From a virus, in IMG/VR virus record IMGVR_UViG_3300023440_000001, positions 72,295 through 136,294 of that record: a stretch of 64,000 nt of DNA; one strand, 5' to 3'. Positions within the stretch are counted from its first letter, which is position 1; the number at the start of each line of letters is the position of its first letter. Both the position numbers and the translations under genes were made by a program. Below are positions 47,955-57,432 of this stretch, piece after piece. Below the pieces are notes generated by a model, which saw nothing but the letters and a program-made list of their open reading frames with translations, was not told where the DNA came from and did no database searches.

Positions 47955-48629
47955 GTGGCTACTTTTGCTCAGGCGTATCACTATATGACCAGCTGTCCCT
48001 TACAACAGAAGGATGAGAATCCGATTCCCGTCAGCCCACTGGCGGAATGGTTTATGGAATATACTCTGGATATATTCATGGATATGTTCCGGACCGACGG
48101 GGATTATGTTCAGGTCAGCGCGGCCTTTGATGAACGCCTGAACCAGGTGGAGAAGACCCGACCGATCTATGATAAACGGCTGAAGATACGTCTGTTTCAG
48201 CAGGCTGCGGTGAACACATCTCTCTTTGTTAAGGAACGTATTCAAACGCCATTTAAACCGATCGGTAGTTTTAAGGGCGGCTCGATGGAAGCTGTCGTAC
48301 ATCTGAGCCGATTAAAACCTAACAACACACTGGAACTTATCTGGTTCGTTTTTGAACCGGTTCTGCCGGCACTGGATGTTCAGAACATCTATGCTTTCTA
48401 TGTTAACTGGAACGCCCGGGCATTCGAGCTGGCATTTGGTGTGCGTCCGTATCGACTGACGTTATACTTTCCCCTGATAGGGGATAGTATACCATACATA
48501 TATAATACCACCAACGGCATGGATGTGGTAGCGGAGCATATCGAGCGTGAGGTATTCTATGCAAATCCTGAGCTGGAGCGCTGCTCTGCCTGCCGCGCCT
48601 GTCCAGAATACTTGAGGATGCAATGGTGA
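47955..48629 (+). CDS. hypothetical protein, possible degenerate PD-(D/E)XK/AddB-like fold with Cys cluster
   Basis: N-terminal CP and C-terminal CxxCxxC as in Cas4/AddB Fe-S staples; catalytic motif not clear. Confidence 0.4.
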   Translation: MATFAQAYHYMTSCPLQQKDENPIPVSPLAEWFMEYTLDIFMDMFRTDGDYVQVSAAFDERLNQVEKTRPIYDKRLKIRLFQQAAVNTSLFVKERIQTPFKPIGSFKGGSMEAVVHLSRLKPNNTLELIWFVFEPVLPALDVQNIYAFYVNWNARAFELAFGVRPYRLTLYFPLIGDSIPYIYNTTNGMDVVAEHIEREVFYANPELERCSACRACPEYLRMQW

Positions 48630-48898
48630 AAGATGCCTGGGAATTCATCTTCAACGAACTTCAAAAAGAGGATCCACTGACGGTGCTCTTTTTCGTGATG
48701 CATTATTACTATGGACGATCAATGAAGGATCTGTCTGCCATATTTGGTATCCGCGCAGATATCATCTCCAAGATGCTATCCCGGGTTCAGGAGAATATCC
48801 GCCGGGCTTATGAGGCTGAACAGAATGAGATGATACTGGAAGATGAGGAAATGGCAAACTATCCGGAAGATCTGTCCATAACCGAAATGATTAACTAG
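48623..48898 (+). CDS. stand-alone sigma70 region 4-like HTH protein
   Basis: F.MHYYYGRSMKDLSAIFGI...I...LSR....IR. Confidence 0.65.
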   Translation: MVKDAWEFIFNELQKEDPLTVLFFVMHYYYGRSMKDLSAIFGIRADIISKMLSRVQENIRRAYEAEQNEMILEDEEMANYPEDLSITEMIN

Positions 48899-48911
48899 AG
48901 GAAGAATCATT

Positions 48912-49436
48912 ATGGCTGATGCTGCCTGGAAAAGGCTGGAAAGAGAACTGGGAAAGCGAGATGGTTCCGGTCGCACACCACTATCAGGCGGAAACTCCAA
49001 ACACACAAGAGCCGATACGCTGTCGGATGTATTCTTCAATGAAGCCAAATACACCTCCGATAAACGTTCTCCTTTCTATCCCATCTGGAGAGAATGCAGT
49101 AAAATGAAAGGAGGTGGTTTTCGGATTCGGTTCCGCGGTATGGATATGACTGTATTCCGTACCAGCAAGAAGGAATTGAATATCGAAGAAGTAGATATTG
49201 AAGATCATAAGCGCTGGAAGCTGTGGAGTGTTTGGGGCTTCTTTATGAACACTATCATTCCCCGCGCCAAGGCGGAGCGGAAGATCCCTGTTCTATCTAT
49301 CAAATTCAAAGGTCAGCGTGGGGAAGTAATGCTCTGTAGAACCACGGACTTTCCCAGAGTACGAGATACGTACTGGTGGTATTCAACCAAGCAAACCAGA
49401 GGAGATTCGTCAAATGGCGAGAGTAGAAAAGGTTAA
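48912..49436 (+). CDS. Hjc-like PD-(D/E)XK nuclease
   Basis: WKRLERE, RTPLSG, AD, EAK, KIPVL. Confidence 0.7.
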   Translation: MADAAWKRLERELGKRDGSGRTPLSGGNSKHTRADTLSDVFFNEAKYTSDKRSPFYPIWRECSKMKGGGFRIRFRGMDMTVFRTSKKELNIEEVDIEDHKRWKLWSVWGFFMNTIIPRAKAERKIPVLSIKFKGQRGEVMLCRTTDFPRVRDTYWWYSTKQTRGDSSNGESRKG

Positions 49437-49737
49437 TCCTTACCGGAGGTTGCTCAATCGTCTTTATGAGCCCATGCGTCCGGATATGGAATTGAATAAC
49501 ATGGAGCAGAGTGAAGAATTGGATAATGCTCGTGATTTAACCCCAGAACAGGAGACTGCTTATGAGAAGAAGAAAAGCAAGTCCCGAAGGCGAAAAGCCA
49601 AAAGCATTCACCGTAATGCTGAGCGACCTAAGAAAGATACCGGGACTTCCGTTGAGTCCGAAGAAGATCAGGGAAGCGATCCCGGATCGGATAAAACCAC
49701 TCCGGAAGTAGAAGGAGAAGGAGATGGGTCTGAGTGA
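49414..49737 (+). CDS. charged low-complexity hypothetical protein
   Basis: SD AGGAG; basic centre, acidic tail. Confidence 0.55.
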   Translation: MARVEKVNPYRRLLNRLYEPMRPDMELNNMEQSEELDNARDLTPEQETAYEKKKSKSRRRKAKSIHRNAERPKKDTGTSVESEEDQGSDPGSDKTTPEVEGEGDGSE

Positions 49738-49975
49738 CAATACGAGTCGGACGATTGTCGATTTTGGTAGAGCCATGGATCTTACAGCACATCTTAATTG
49801 GTCTATCTATACGCTGGACAATAATACCGGCAATCATGGTGATATTCTTATTGGACCGGGTAGTAGAACCAGTTATCATGGCTACACATTTAATGAAGCA
49901 ATATTCGATGATATAATCGATGGACGTGAAGAAGCACTTCGTGCTGCTGTTGATAGCGATGAGTTTATCATTTGA
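49724..49975 (+). CDS. hypothetical protein
   Basis: SD GAAGGAG. Confidence 0.55.
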   Translation: MGLSDNTSRTIVDFGRAMDLTAHLNWSIYTLDNNTGNHGDILIGPGSRTSYHGYTFNEAIFDDIIDGREEALRAAVDSDEFII

Positions 49976-49992
49976 TAAGGAGATTGATTGGT

Positions 49993-50319
49993 ATGGGTGG
50001 TAAGAAGAAGAAACCGGCAAAGATGGGCCATCAGAGAAGCAGTAACCCTGTAATATATGGACCCACCTTTAGTGCAACCTTTAAAGAAGTAATTGCACTG
50101 ATCAATGATGATCGGGAAGCAATTGTGGTTCTTGATGATAAGGGGACTCGTGCCATCGTGGATGCGCACTGGGTCATGAAGAACTCCCGTACCGGCAAGC
50201 TAGAACCGATCCGGATGGCCTGTCCGATAGTGTACGATGCCAATCGTCGCAGTGAAGCCATCAGGAAGTATCAACATTATCAACAAAGTCATAAGGAGGA
50301 AGTAGATGGTAATGCCTGA
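49993..50319 (+). CDS. hypothetical protein
   Basis: SD TAAGGAG before MGGKKKK. Confidence 0.6.
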   Translation: MGGKKKKPAKMGHQRSSNPVIYGPTFSATFKEVIALINDDREAIVVLDDKGTRAIVDAHWVMKNSRTGKLEPIRMACPIVYDANRRSEAIRKYQHYQQSHKEEVDGNA

Positions 50320-50848
50320 AGTACTGTTTAAGCGCGTACATCCGGCGGCAAAACTGCCAACTCGAGCGCACATGACGGATGCTGGCTATGATCTATATTC
50401 AATCGACCATATAATCATCGGACCTGGTGAGCGTGCTATGGTACGAACTGGTTTGCAAATGGCCATGCCGGGACCGGTTAGTATGTTTGCCGGTGAATAT
50501 CCCCACTGGGAAGACAGTGAGACCAGTCCTGCAGCAGCTCTCATCGGGTTTGACTTCCCTCAGGTGTTTCATGTCTGTTGGGAAGCCCAGATTCGACCGC
50601 GATCCGGAAGTGCATTCAAGCGTGGTCTGACGGTAATCAATACTCCGGGTACAATTGATTCTGGATACCGGGGTGATATTAATGTGCTGCTAGTCAATCT
50701 GGATGGCGAATCGATTGAAATACGTCCCGGTGATAAGATTGCCCAGATGGTTTTCAATCTGGTAGTTCATCCACAGCTGAAAGTGGTTGATGAGCTGCCA
50801 GAATCGGATCGGGGTGAGAAAGGATTTGGAAGTACTGGAGGAGTATGA
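50306..50848 (+). CDS. dut: trimeric dUTPase
   Basis: AGYDL, RPRSG, GTIDSGYRG, IAQ, RGEKGFGSTG. Confidence 0.95.
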   Translation: MVMPEVLFKRVHPAAKLPTRAHMTDAGYDLYSIDHIIIGPGERAMVRTGLQMAMPGPVSMFAGEYPHWEDSETSPAAALIGFDFPQVFHVCWEAQIRPRSGSAFKRGLTVINTPGTIDSGYRGDINVLLVNLDGESIEIRPGDKIAQMVFNLVVHPQLKVVDELPESDRGEKGFGSTGGV

Positions 50849-51372
50849 TGGATAGTTTGCTGGCTTATAATCGAGATGAAGATGTGGATACCGAGCAGGT
50901 ACCGTTCGCCTTTGCCGGTATGGCAGGTAAGCAGGTAAATCGTAACCCATTCCGGCGACTTCGCAGAGATCCCTATGTTCTGAAGAGTGGTGCCATGTTC
51001 TTTATCAGTGAGCGACCGGCCCGGGAATTCGGTGAATGGATGGAAACGTTTGTTACCAATCTGAGTAATCAATATGCATCCATCCCGTATGACGATCGGG
51101 TTCGTAAGATATATGCCAAGCATTATCGTCGCGATGGCATGACGGATCTGGGCATGGTTCTGCACTACTGGACCCACCGTTATCAGGGATTGGAGTTTAC
51201 TCTGCTGGATCTGAAGTCAGCGGATTTACGGATAGGTTTCGTCTATGGCAAAGATGCACCGGTCAATATAGTCGAATTGCTATCTTATGCCTATGAATCC
51301 ATTCCCAACCATCATCCGCTGAAGAAACGCTTTCTGGCTTTCTTAACCAATAAGCCCGACAATAACGGGTAA
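50845..51372 (+). CDS. hypothetical protein
   Basis: ATGA coupling to dut, SD GGAGG. Confidence 0.65.
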   Translation: MMDSLLAYNRDEDVDTEQVPFAFAGMAGKQVNRNPFRRLRRDPYVLKSGAMFFISERPAREFGEWMETFVTNLSNQYASIPYDDRVRKIYAKHYRRDGMTDLGMVLHYWTHRYQGLEFTLLDLKSADLRIGFVYGKDAPVNIVELLSYAYESIPNHHPLKKRFLAFLTNKPDNNG

Positions 51373-51383
51373 GGGGAAATGAG

Positions 51384-51548
51384 ATGTTATACATAATCGG
51401 GTATCTTGTACTGTCATTGATAACTATAGCTGTGCTGAATACTGTCTCTGAACTGGCAGGTTTCTTAACCTTTTATGTTGGTCAGGCTATCCTGCTGCTG
51501 ACTATGCGGATGCCGGAATGGTATCGAAACCACGTACCTGGAGAGTGA
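51384..51548 (+). CDS. small membrane protein (54 aa)
   Basis: translated by hand: MLYIIGYLVLSLITIAVLNTVSELAGFLTFYVGQAILLLTMRMPEWYRNHVPGE. Confidence 0.5.
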   Translation: MLYIIGYLVLSLITIAVLNTVSELAGFLTFYVGQAILLLTMRMPEWYRNHVPGE

Positions 51549-51858
51549 TATCGACCTGCTTATCCTTCAGCTGTATACGCTGCTGGAACTCTTCATAATA
51601 GTTGTCGACTGGCAGGTTGATAATAACCTGATGATTGATAACATGATAATCATGGCGCAGTCTTCGCCTGAGTATGACGGAGATGCGCTTTGTAAGATCG
51701 GCAATGGAGTTGAACTCTTCACGTCTTTGTTGAGGTTTTCTGGTGCCAATGCGGCCCCATTGACGAATAAGCAGAAGAGTTCCGAATAGGGAGAGCTGAA
51801 CGTCCATCCGGTAGAACTTGTAGTTATTGCGCTGTATATTAATACATTCCAGGTACAT
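51502..51858 (-). CDS. WGR-domain protein
   Basis: N..KFYRM....LFG....RQWGRIG; likely start ATG at 51858. Confidence 0.8.
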   Translation of the reverse strand: MYLECINIQRNNYKFYRMDVQLSLFGTLLLIRQWGRIGTRKPQQRREEFNSIADLTKRISVILRRRLRHDYHVINHQVIINLPVDNYYEEFQQRIQLKDKQVDITLQVRGFDTIPASA

Positions 51859-51931
51859 ATCTTTAATATAATGGATGTTCAGATCTAATTCAAGTATAAG
51901 TTGCACAATTACGATACTTATCGGAGGTTTC

Positions 51932-52177
51932 ATGTTCGACGTTAAGGAAGTGGTTATTGACGATCCCGAGTTGATAAGCGCTTCTTTCGGGATAGTAAAT
52001 CAGCATCTTGAAATCATATTCATGAGCAATAATAAGCAGATTGGTCGATTGTGGTTTGAAGATGACCAACTGCATTTCGAAGGCAGGGTAGGGGATAGTG
52101 CCCGACAGTTCTTTGATTTAATGCTCAAGCCGATTGCTGACGCCTATATTCAGGACCGGCTGAGCAAGAAACAATAG
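51932..52177 (+). CDS. hypothetical protein
   Basis: SD GGAGG; FEG...DSARQFF. Confidence 0.6.
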   Translation: MFDVKEVVIDDPELISASFGIVNQHLEIIFMSNNKQIGRLWFEDDQLHFEGRVGDSARQFFDLMLKPIADAYIQDRLSKKQ

Positions 52178-52186
52178 GAGGTAATT

Positions 52187-52411
52187 ATGATGAGTCAGAA
52201 GTTGGAGGATCTACTCAAGCAGAAGAATCCAGAAGAGATATGGGTTTGCAGTGTGTGCGGGAGCTTGGAAGTGCAATCGGTAGTATGGGCGGAAATCAAT
52301 ACTGGTAAGATTACTGAAGACTATCCCGATGAAGATGATTGGTGCCCGGATTGTTGTATGGAAGTAACTGCTATTACGCTTGATGAGTGGGATGACAAGT
52401 ATTCAGAATGA
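52187..52411 (+). CDS. zinc-ribbon protein, paralog A
   Basis: VCSVCGS.EV...W..INT...WCPDC. Confidence 0.7.
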   Translation: MMSQKLEDLLKQKNPEEIWVCSVCGSLEVQSVVWAEINTGKITEDYPDEDDWCPDCCMEVTAITLDEWDDKYSE

Positions 52412-52452
52412 CTTGACTGAATAACTTAATCAAAACATTGAAGAGGTTTATT

Positions 52453-52689
52453 ATGTGGACTGAACAGCTAGAAGAACATATTCGTAACAGTGAACCAAAT
52501 GAACTGCTTGTATGCGAGTGGTGTGGTAGTGCCGGAGTTGAAGTACTGGCATGGGTTAACGCCAATACCTGGGAGTATGTTGGTGATGGTCCAAATGAAA
52601 AGGCCTGGTGTCCTAAATGTGAAGAAGAAGTCTATTTAACCACATTGGATAAGTGGCAAGCCAGAATGGAGGAAGACGATGAAGAATAG
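52453..52689 (+). CDS. zinc-ribbon protein, paralog B
   Basis: VCEWCGS..V...W..ANT...WCPKC. Confidence 0.7.
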   Translation: MWTEQLEEHIRNSEPNELLVCEWCGSAGVEVLAWVNANTWEYVGDGPNEKAWCPKCEEEVYLTTLDKWQARMEEDDEE

Positions 52690-53653
52690 GTTAGATGAAA
52701 TCATGGGAGTAAAGATCCCTGTATTAGATGAGGGATTTGTCCGGGTGGTGGATTACATGGGAGATGATGCGGCCATTGTGCAGGCTGCCCGGGTATCCTA
52801 TGGTAAAGGAACAAAGACCATTCGGGATGACGAGAGTCTGATTCGCTATCTCATGCGTCACGAACATACCAGTCCGTTTGAGATGTGCGAGATTAAGCTA
52901 CACGTAAAAGTGCCCATGTATATCTGGCGACAATGGATTCGGCACCGTACGGCCAGTGTCAATGAGGTTAGTGGACGCTATTCAATTATAGAAGATGTGG
53001 TTCAGAAGACGCAACCCGGACAGTGGCGTACACAATCGAAAACCAATAAGCAAGGTAGTAGTGATTACCTGCCGGGTGATATTGGTATGCGGTTGTCAGA
53101 AGCGGAGTTTGAGCTACACGAACACGCACGGGCTATTTATGAAGAGCGGCTGAAAGAAGGTGTGGCCCGGGAACAGGCACGTAAAGACCTGCCGCTATCG
53201 ACTTATACGGAAGCCTACTGGAAGATCGACCTGCGCAACCTGCTTCATTTCCTGAAGCTGCGTATGGATGAGCACGCCCAGTATGAAATCCGTGAATATG
53301 CCAATGTTATTGGATGGAGCATTGTGGAGCGCTGGGTACCGATCACCTGGAAAGCGTTCACTGATTACTATCTCCGCACCATTAAGCTTTCCAAGCCTGA
53401 GCTGGATATTATTCAGGATCTCAACCAGGGCAGCCTGTGGTCGGCTACCAAGTGGCCGGTACTCAATGGCCTGATCTATGTTGATGATTACGGTCAGGTG
53501 AAGTTCACCGGCGAGTTCCGGGAGCTGCTGGATAAGCTGTTGGAGTTAGGATACTCACCGGAACTGGTTGAAGACTTTAAGAATGGTGCGGAGACGGAAG
53601 CACTTTATCACTATGAGAGGATCAGGAGAGATGAAGTCGAAGAAGTACGGTAA
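52679..53653 (+). CDS. thyX: FAD-dependent thymidylate synthase
   Basis: AARVSY, HTSPFE, RQWIRHRTASVNEVSGRY, REQAR, HAQYEIR. Confidence 0.96.
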   Translation: MKNRLDEIMGVKIPVLDEGFVRVVDYMGDDAAIVQAARVSYGKGTKTIRDDESLIRYLMRHEHTSPFEMCEIKLHVKVPMYIWRQWIRHRTASVNEVSGRYSIIEDVVQKTQPGQWRTQSKTNKQGSSDYLPGDIGMRLSEAEFELHEHARAIYEERLKEGVAREQARKDLPLSTYTEAYWKIDLRNLLHFLKLRMDEHAQYEIREYANVIGWSIVERWVPITWKAFTDYYLRTIKLSKPELDIIQDLNQGSLWSATKWPVLNGLIYVDDYGQVKFTGEFRELLDKLLELGYSPELVEDFKNGAETEALYHYERIRRDEVEEVR

Positions 53654-53963
53654 AGCACGAGTTCGTATCTCCGAGGAAGCCATGAGCGAGATTCTGAAGA
53701 CCCTGTTTGTCCCGGAGGAATACCGGGACAGGGTCGAAGTCTCACGTATCTTTGATTCGCCTGAGTGGGCGGGCTACTCCCTGGTATTAAGAGAGCCGGT
53801 TGAAGAAACAGAACCGAAGTGGTTGCCGCTAACACCGGAAGGTCAAGAGATACCTTTCATCACAATTACACTGAATGGGCTGGAGTTAATTGCCATGGAG
53901 GAGCCGTTCAATGACTTTATCAAACGTCGTGTAGAAGAGATCCAGGATGAACTGCATTTATAA
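53631..53963 (+). CDS. hypothetical protein
   Basis: SD AGGAG before ATG 53631. Confidence 0.6.
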   Translation: MKSKKYGKARVRISEEAMSEILKTLFVPEEYRDRVEVSRIFDSPEWAGYSLVLREPVEETEPKWLPLTPEGQEIPFITITLNGLELIAMEEPFNDFIKRRVEEIQDELHL

Positions 53964-53968
53964 GGAAT

Positions 53969-54388
53969 GTGTTGATGAAAGTTGCTATTAGAAATGGTCT
54001 GATAGTAGATGTTACACATCTGAAATATGAAAGCATTGGTATTGTTGCTTTCCATGAGTCAAATCCGGGGGTGTTATACCCAATAGAATCTCTGGAGGAT
54101 AAAGAGTTGTTACAGGAAATACTGGATCGTTTCGGTCAGGATGGTATAACTCCATGTCTGGATCTAATTGAAGATACGGGCTTGTCCGACCCGGCAGAAT
54201 TGGAAGGAGTGGAGATTAGTTATCGCCAGGCTGGTAATCGTCTGGTGATACGTCTGGCACGCTCGGACTGGTTCTTTCCGAAGTATGTTACCATGCCACT
54301 TGCTGAACTGCCGGCCAATCCAGCCTTCTATGATGGCTGGGAACTGGAACATCGCATACGGGCCTTTTTAAAGCGTAATCTCCGGTAG
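53969..54388 (+). CDS. hypothetical protein
   Basis: SD AAGGA, coding-strand ORF. Confidence 0.6.
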   Translation: MLMKVAIRNGLIVDVTHLKYESIGIVAFHESNPGVLYPIESLEDKELLQEILDRFGQDGITPCLDLIEDTGLSDPAELEGVEISYRQAGNRLVIRLARSDWFFPKYVTMPLAELPANPAFYDGWELEHRIRAFLKRNLR

Positions 54389-54415
54389 CCGTTAGGTCTA
54401 AACGTTAATCTATTC

Positions 54416-54444
54416 TTGATAACCCGGTATCCGTTTCGTATATT
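54416..54444 (+). promoter_or_regulatory. sigma70-type promoter
   Basis: TTGATA-17 nt-TATATT in an intergenic gap. Confidence 0.6.
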
Positions 54445-54667
54445 GGGTTCCACTTTTCTGAAATGACGGAGGTTATGCGTATGGATCGTGCCAGACAGAT
54501 CCGCATTGAAGCGGATTATGTTGCCTCGTTAACGACGAACGGCCGTTATGCGCACCACAAAGCAAATCTGATTCAATTAGTATATAACTATACATATCTT
54601 GGTGAGTTTGACTGCGCATGTTGTGCATTAGAACGGCTGGATCGTTTCATTAGAACAGGAGTAGATT

Positions 54668-55180
54668 GTGGACAGCCTGAAGATTGCTTGCGTCGGAAAT
54701 CGGATGGTTCCGGCTGGTATACAGCATGCTCTGGAAGACATTGCCGCAGGGCTGGTTGAGGAAGGATACATTATCGCCACGGGAAATGCAGATGGCTCTG
54801 ATGCCGCCTTTGCTCGTGGCGGTAATCGTGTCGATCCAACACGTGTACATTTGTTCCTACCATGGCCGGAGTACAACAAACATCTTATCCATCCTTCTAA
54901 TGTAGTCTCTGTTTTAAGCCCTTCAGATCTGGAGGAGTTTCGACCTGTAGTAGAGAGAATACATCCAGCTCCGGAACGACTGAAGGAGTCTCATATCCGA
55001 CTGCATGCTCGTAACATATTGATTCTGCGTAATGCGCGTGCCTGTCTGTGTTATCAGGCCAGACGCAGCGGTGGTACTCAGTTTGGAATTGACTACGCAC
55101 GATCGGTTGGTATTCCGGTTCTTAACCTGTATGATCCGGTGGTGTTAGAACGGGTCTTACGGAGACTTAAACTGCGTTAG
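54668..55180 (+). CDS. SLOG superfamily (DprA/Smf-like) protein
   Basis: ACVGNR, TGNADGSD.AF, LPW, HARN, SGGT. Confidence 0.82.
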   Translation: MDSLKIACVGNRMVPAGIQHALEDIAAGLVEEGYIIATGNADGSDAAFARGGNRVDPTRVHLFLPWPEYNKHLIHPSNVVSVLSPSDLEEFRPVVERIHPAPERLKESHIRLHARNILILRNARACLCYQARRSGGTQFGIDYARSVGIPVLNLYDPVVLERVLRRLKLR

Positions 55181-55195
55181 GATGTACTACCCAAT

Positions 55196-55223
55196 TATTA
55201 ATATAACATATCTTATGTAAACT
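55196..55223. other. dif-like XerCD recombination site (28 bp)
   Basis: TATTAATATAA-CATATC-TTATGTAAACT; 11-6-11 layout, right arm matches the XerD arm of the Bacillus-type dif; intergenic. Confidence 0.72.
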
Positions 55224-55282
55224 TGGGGGTATAAATCAAGTCCCCTGCCTTGATATTAACGTTTGACGGAGGTTGGATGATA

Positions 55283-55645
55283 ATGGAACAGATTGTATAC
55301 GGATCCCCACGTCATCAAAGGGCTATGACCATTGTTGAAGCTATTAAAGATCTGAAGTTGCCGGAGATAAAAGATGTCTATATAGATGACTGGGATGATT
55401 ATGGTACTTTCTATTTACTTGCCGAACTGGATCTGAATGAGTTTCTGTTTCCTACAACAAAGAACTTCAATCTGAATCGAGTATCCAGGAAGATAAGGCA
55501 GCTGATTAATAACCACTCCTGGGCTAAATGCTACGGTGTCTATCATCCGGAGCGACGCTATCGTTATGTCGATCAGTACACCAGGGAATTCGATGGTTAT
55601 GAGCGCAGCCTTACCTGGATTCATGTTTATATCTATCCGGAATAA
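55283..55645 (+). CDS. hypothetical protein
   Basis: SD GGAGG upstream. Confidence 0.6.
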   Translation: MEQIVYGSPRHQRAMTIVEAIKDLKLPEIKDVYIDDWDDYGTFYLLAELDLNEFLFPTTKNFNLNRVSRKIRQLINNHSWAKCYGVYHPERRYRYVDQYTREFDGYERSLTWIHVYIYPE

Positions 55646-55673
55646 GGTACCATTGATTAATAAACTATAAACC

Positions 55674-56054
55674 ATGGAGGTTTTTACTATGCTGACAGCC
55701 ATAAAAGATCGAGAACTTGCTACTGTACTGGCAGCGCTACGTCTATTCCAGGAGGTATTACAGGAAAACCCCGATCGGATTCAGGGAATGGATCACTTCC
55801 AGTTTGGACATGCTCCACTGGATTTGAATGAGATCGATCAGCTATGTGAACAGATTAACAAACAAGTTGCATATGATGGCGATACATTTGGTGTGATACA
55901 GGGCGTATTGCAGCGATATTATAACGGAGAGATTGAAGATCAGGAAGCCATCCATGAAATGGCCAAGCTCCCACCGGAAGAGTTGGCAGAGTTCATACTG
56001 GATGCCTTTAATAGTGGCTGGATTACGCCCTTTAATATGGGTTTTAATGATTAA
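55674..56054 (+). CDS. hypothetical phage protein
   Basis: RELATVLAALR...L...EIDQLCE.IN motif. Confidence 0.65.
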   Translation: MEVFTMLTAIKDRELATVLAALRLFQEVLQENPDRIQGMDHFQFGHAPLDLNEIDQLCEQINKQVAYDGDTFGVIQGVLQRYYNGEIEDQEAIHEMAKLPPEELAEFILDAFNSGWITPFNMGFND

Positions 56055-56074
56055 TAAACCATGGAGGTATTATT

Positions 56075-56518
56075 ATGGAAGACATTATTAAACTGTCCAT
56101 TGAGCTTAAAGGAAAGAGTACTCATGTTCGCAAGGCACTGGATAAGTTCCTGCATGCCTGGGCAGAAGCGACCAGCGAAGAACTGGACGATCCGGTGCTG
56201 GAAACCATTCTAATTATCCCCGAGCATACTTACGATGATTACGTTTACTTTCTGACACGGGGTTGCCGCTATATCATGGAAATGAACCGAACAAGGTACG
56301 AACATAGTTCCTGGGAGGAACTGGCTTCGGCAAGTGTTGACTTATATGGAGTAGAAGCAAAGGATCTGAATATGAGTCGTATCCGTATCTTTATTAAGTA
56401 TCTGCCAGAGAAGCTGGAAGAGTATCAAAAGAAGCTACAGTCCTGCAGCAAATCCTATGATAAGATATTGGATTTGCTGGATAAGTTTGCTGTTCCGACA
56501 AATCAGGAGGATAGTTAA
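56075..56518 (+). CDS. hypothetical protein
   Basis: SD GGAGG. Confidence 0.65.
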   Translation: MEDIIKLSIELKGKSTHVRKALDKFLHAWAEATSEELDDPVLETILIIPEHTYDDYVYFLTRGCRYIMEMNRTRYEHSSWEELASASVDLYGVEAKDLNMSRIRIFIKYLPEKLEEYQKKLQSCSKSYDKILDLLDKFAVPTNQEDS

Positions 56519-56520
56519 GC

Positions 56521-56820
56521 ATGAATACCTTTGAAATCAGAACCCCGGTTTATGAGATTGAAGTCATGTTTGGTGGTAGTCTGCTGGAGGAGAAAAGCCT
56601 GGATGCTGTTGTTTACTTTCATGATGAAGGACGTGTCTTTAAAGGCACGCTCCGTCCTGCGGAATCGGCAACGATAACAAACTCCGGATTCTACTTCAGC
56701 TTTGATGTTATTTACGTTCATTTCTACTTCACAAATACTATGACACTACACATGGTGTGTGGGGATTCAAACCATAAGTCCATTGTGTTTGAAGGTGATT
56801 TAACAGAGGAGGAAGATTAA
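56521..56820 (+). CDS. hypothetical protein
   Basis: SD AGGAGG; TAATG coupling. Confidence 0.6.
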   Translation: MNTFEIRTPVYEIEVMFGGSLLEEKSLDAVVYFHDEGRVFKGTLRPAESATITNSGFYFSFDVIYVHFYFTNTMTLHMVCGDSNHKSIVFEGDLTEEED

Positions 56821-57068
56821 TGACCTATTATCCGTTGCGAATGGTGGCCGCCCGCTTTGCGGGCGACATATCGGTTATGGATCCGGAAACCGGAGACGAG
56901 GTAGAGCTGGTCGTTTTTAAGGATCCCATATCAGGTGGTATGTTTGCGATTGATTTCACTTACCTGGATCAGATAGAACCGGACTCTATCCCCTCTCCTT
57001 TTGATCCCACGGTACGGCTGATCTTGAATGAAGAAGATTATGAGTATGTCCGGAATGTTGATTCGTAA
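56820..57068 (+). CDS. hypothetical protein
   Basis: SD GAGGAGG. Confidence 0.6.
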   Translation: MTYYPLRMVAARFAGDISVMDPETGDEVELVVFKDPISGGMFAIDFTYLDQIEPDSIPSPFDPTVRLILNEEDYEYVRNVDS

Positions 57069-57084
57069 TTATGGAGGACTGACT

Positions 57085-57432
57085 ATGTTTAAACGTACGA
57101 AGCGACTATCATTTGATCAGGTCTGCGATATCCTGATACAGTGTTCAGCCGTTATTGTTGATGATGACGCCGTCGTTTATCCGGTCATTGAAGACGATGA
57201 TGGCGTTCCCAGTGAGATTATCCTACACTGGAATGATGCAGCTGAAGGATTGGAGTGGGAAGTGTGTCTTGAGTATTGTGGTCCTCGTCCGGCCGTCGAT
57301 GAAGACGGCAATATCTATATGCAGGCAATGGATGGTAATGAAGTTAAACTCACCCCGCTCTACAGCTTGACGGACTTAAAACGATACGGATTGGAGGTGC
57401 AAGATGCCATATATAGTCGAATTGAAGTCTGA
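57085..57432 (+). CDS. acidic hypothetical protein
   Basis: SD GGAGG before MFKRTK. Confidence 0.6.
   Translation: MFKRTKRLSFDQVCDILIQCSAVIVDDDAVVYPVIEDDDGVPSEIILHWNDAAEGLEWEVCLEYCGPRPAVDEDGNIYMQAMDGNEVKLTPLYSLTDLKRYGLEVQDAIYSRIEV

Noticed and set aside
51780-51810. QLSLF beta-clamp-binding motif in the WGR protein
   Set aside because: It coincides with the conserved Q.xLFG turn of WGR domains
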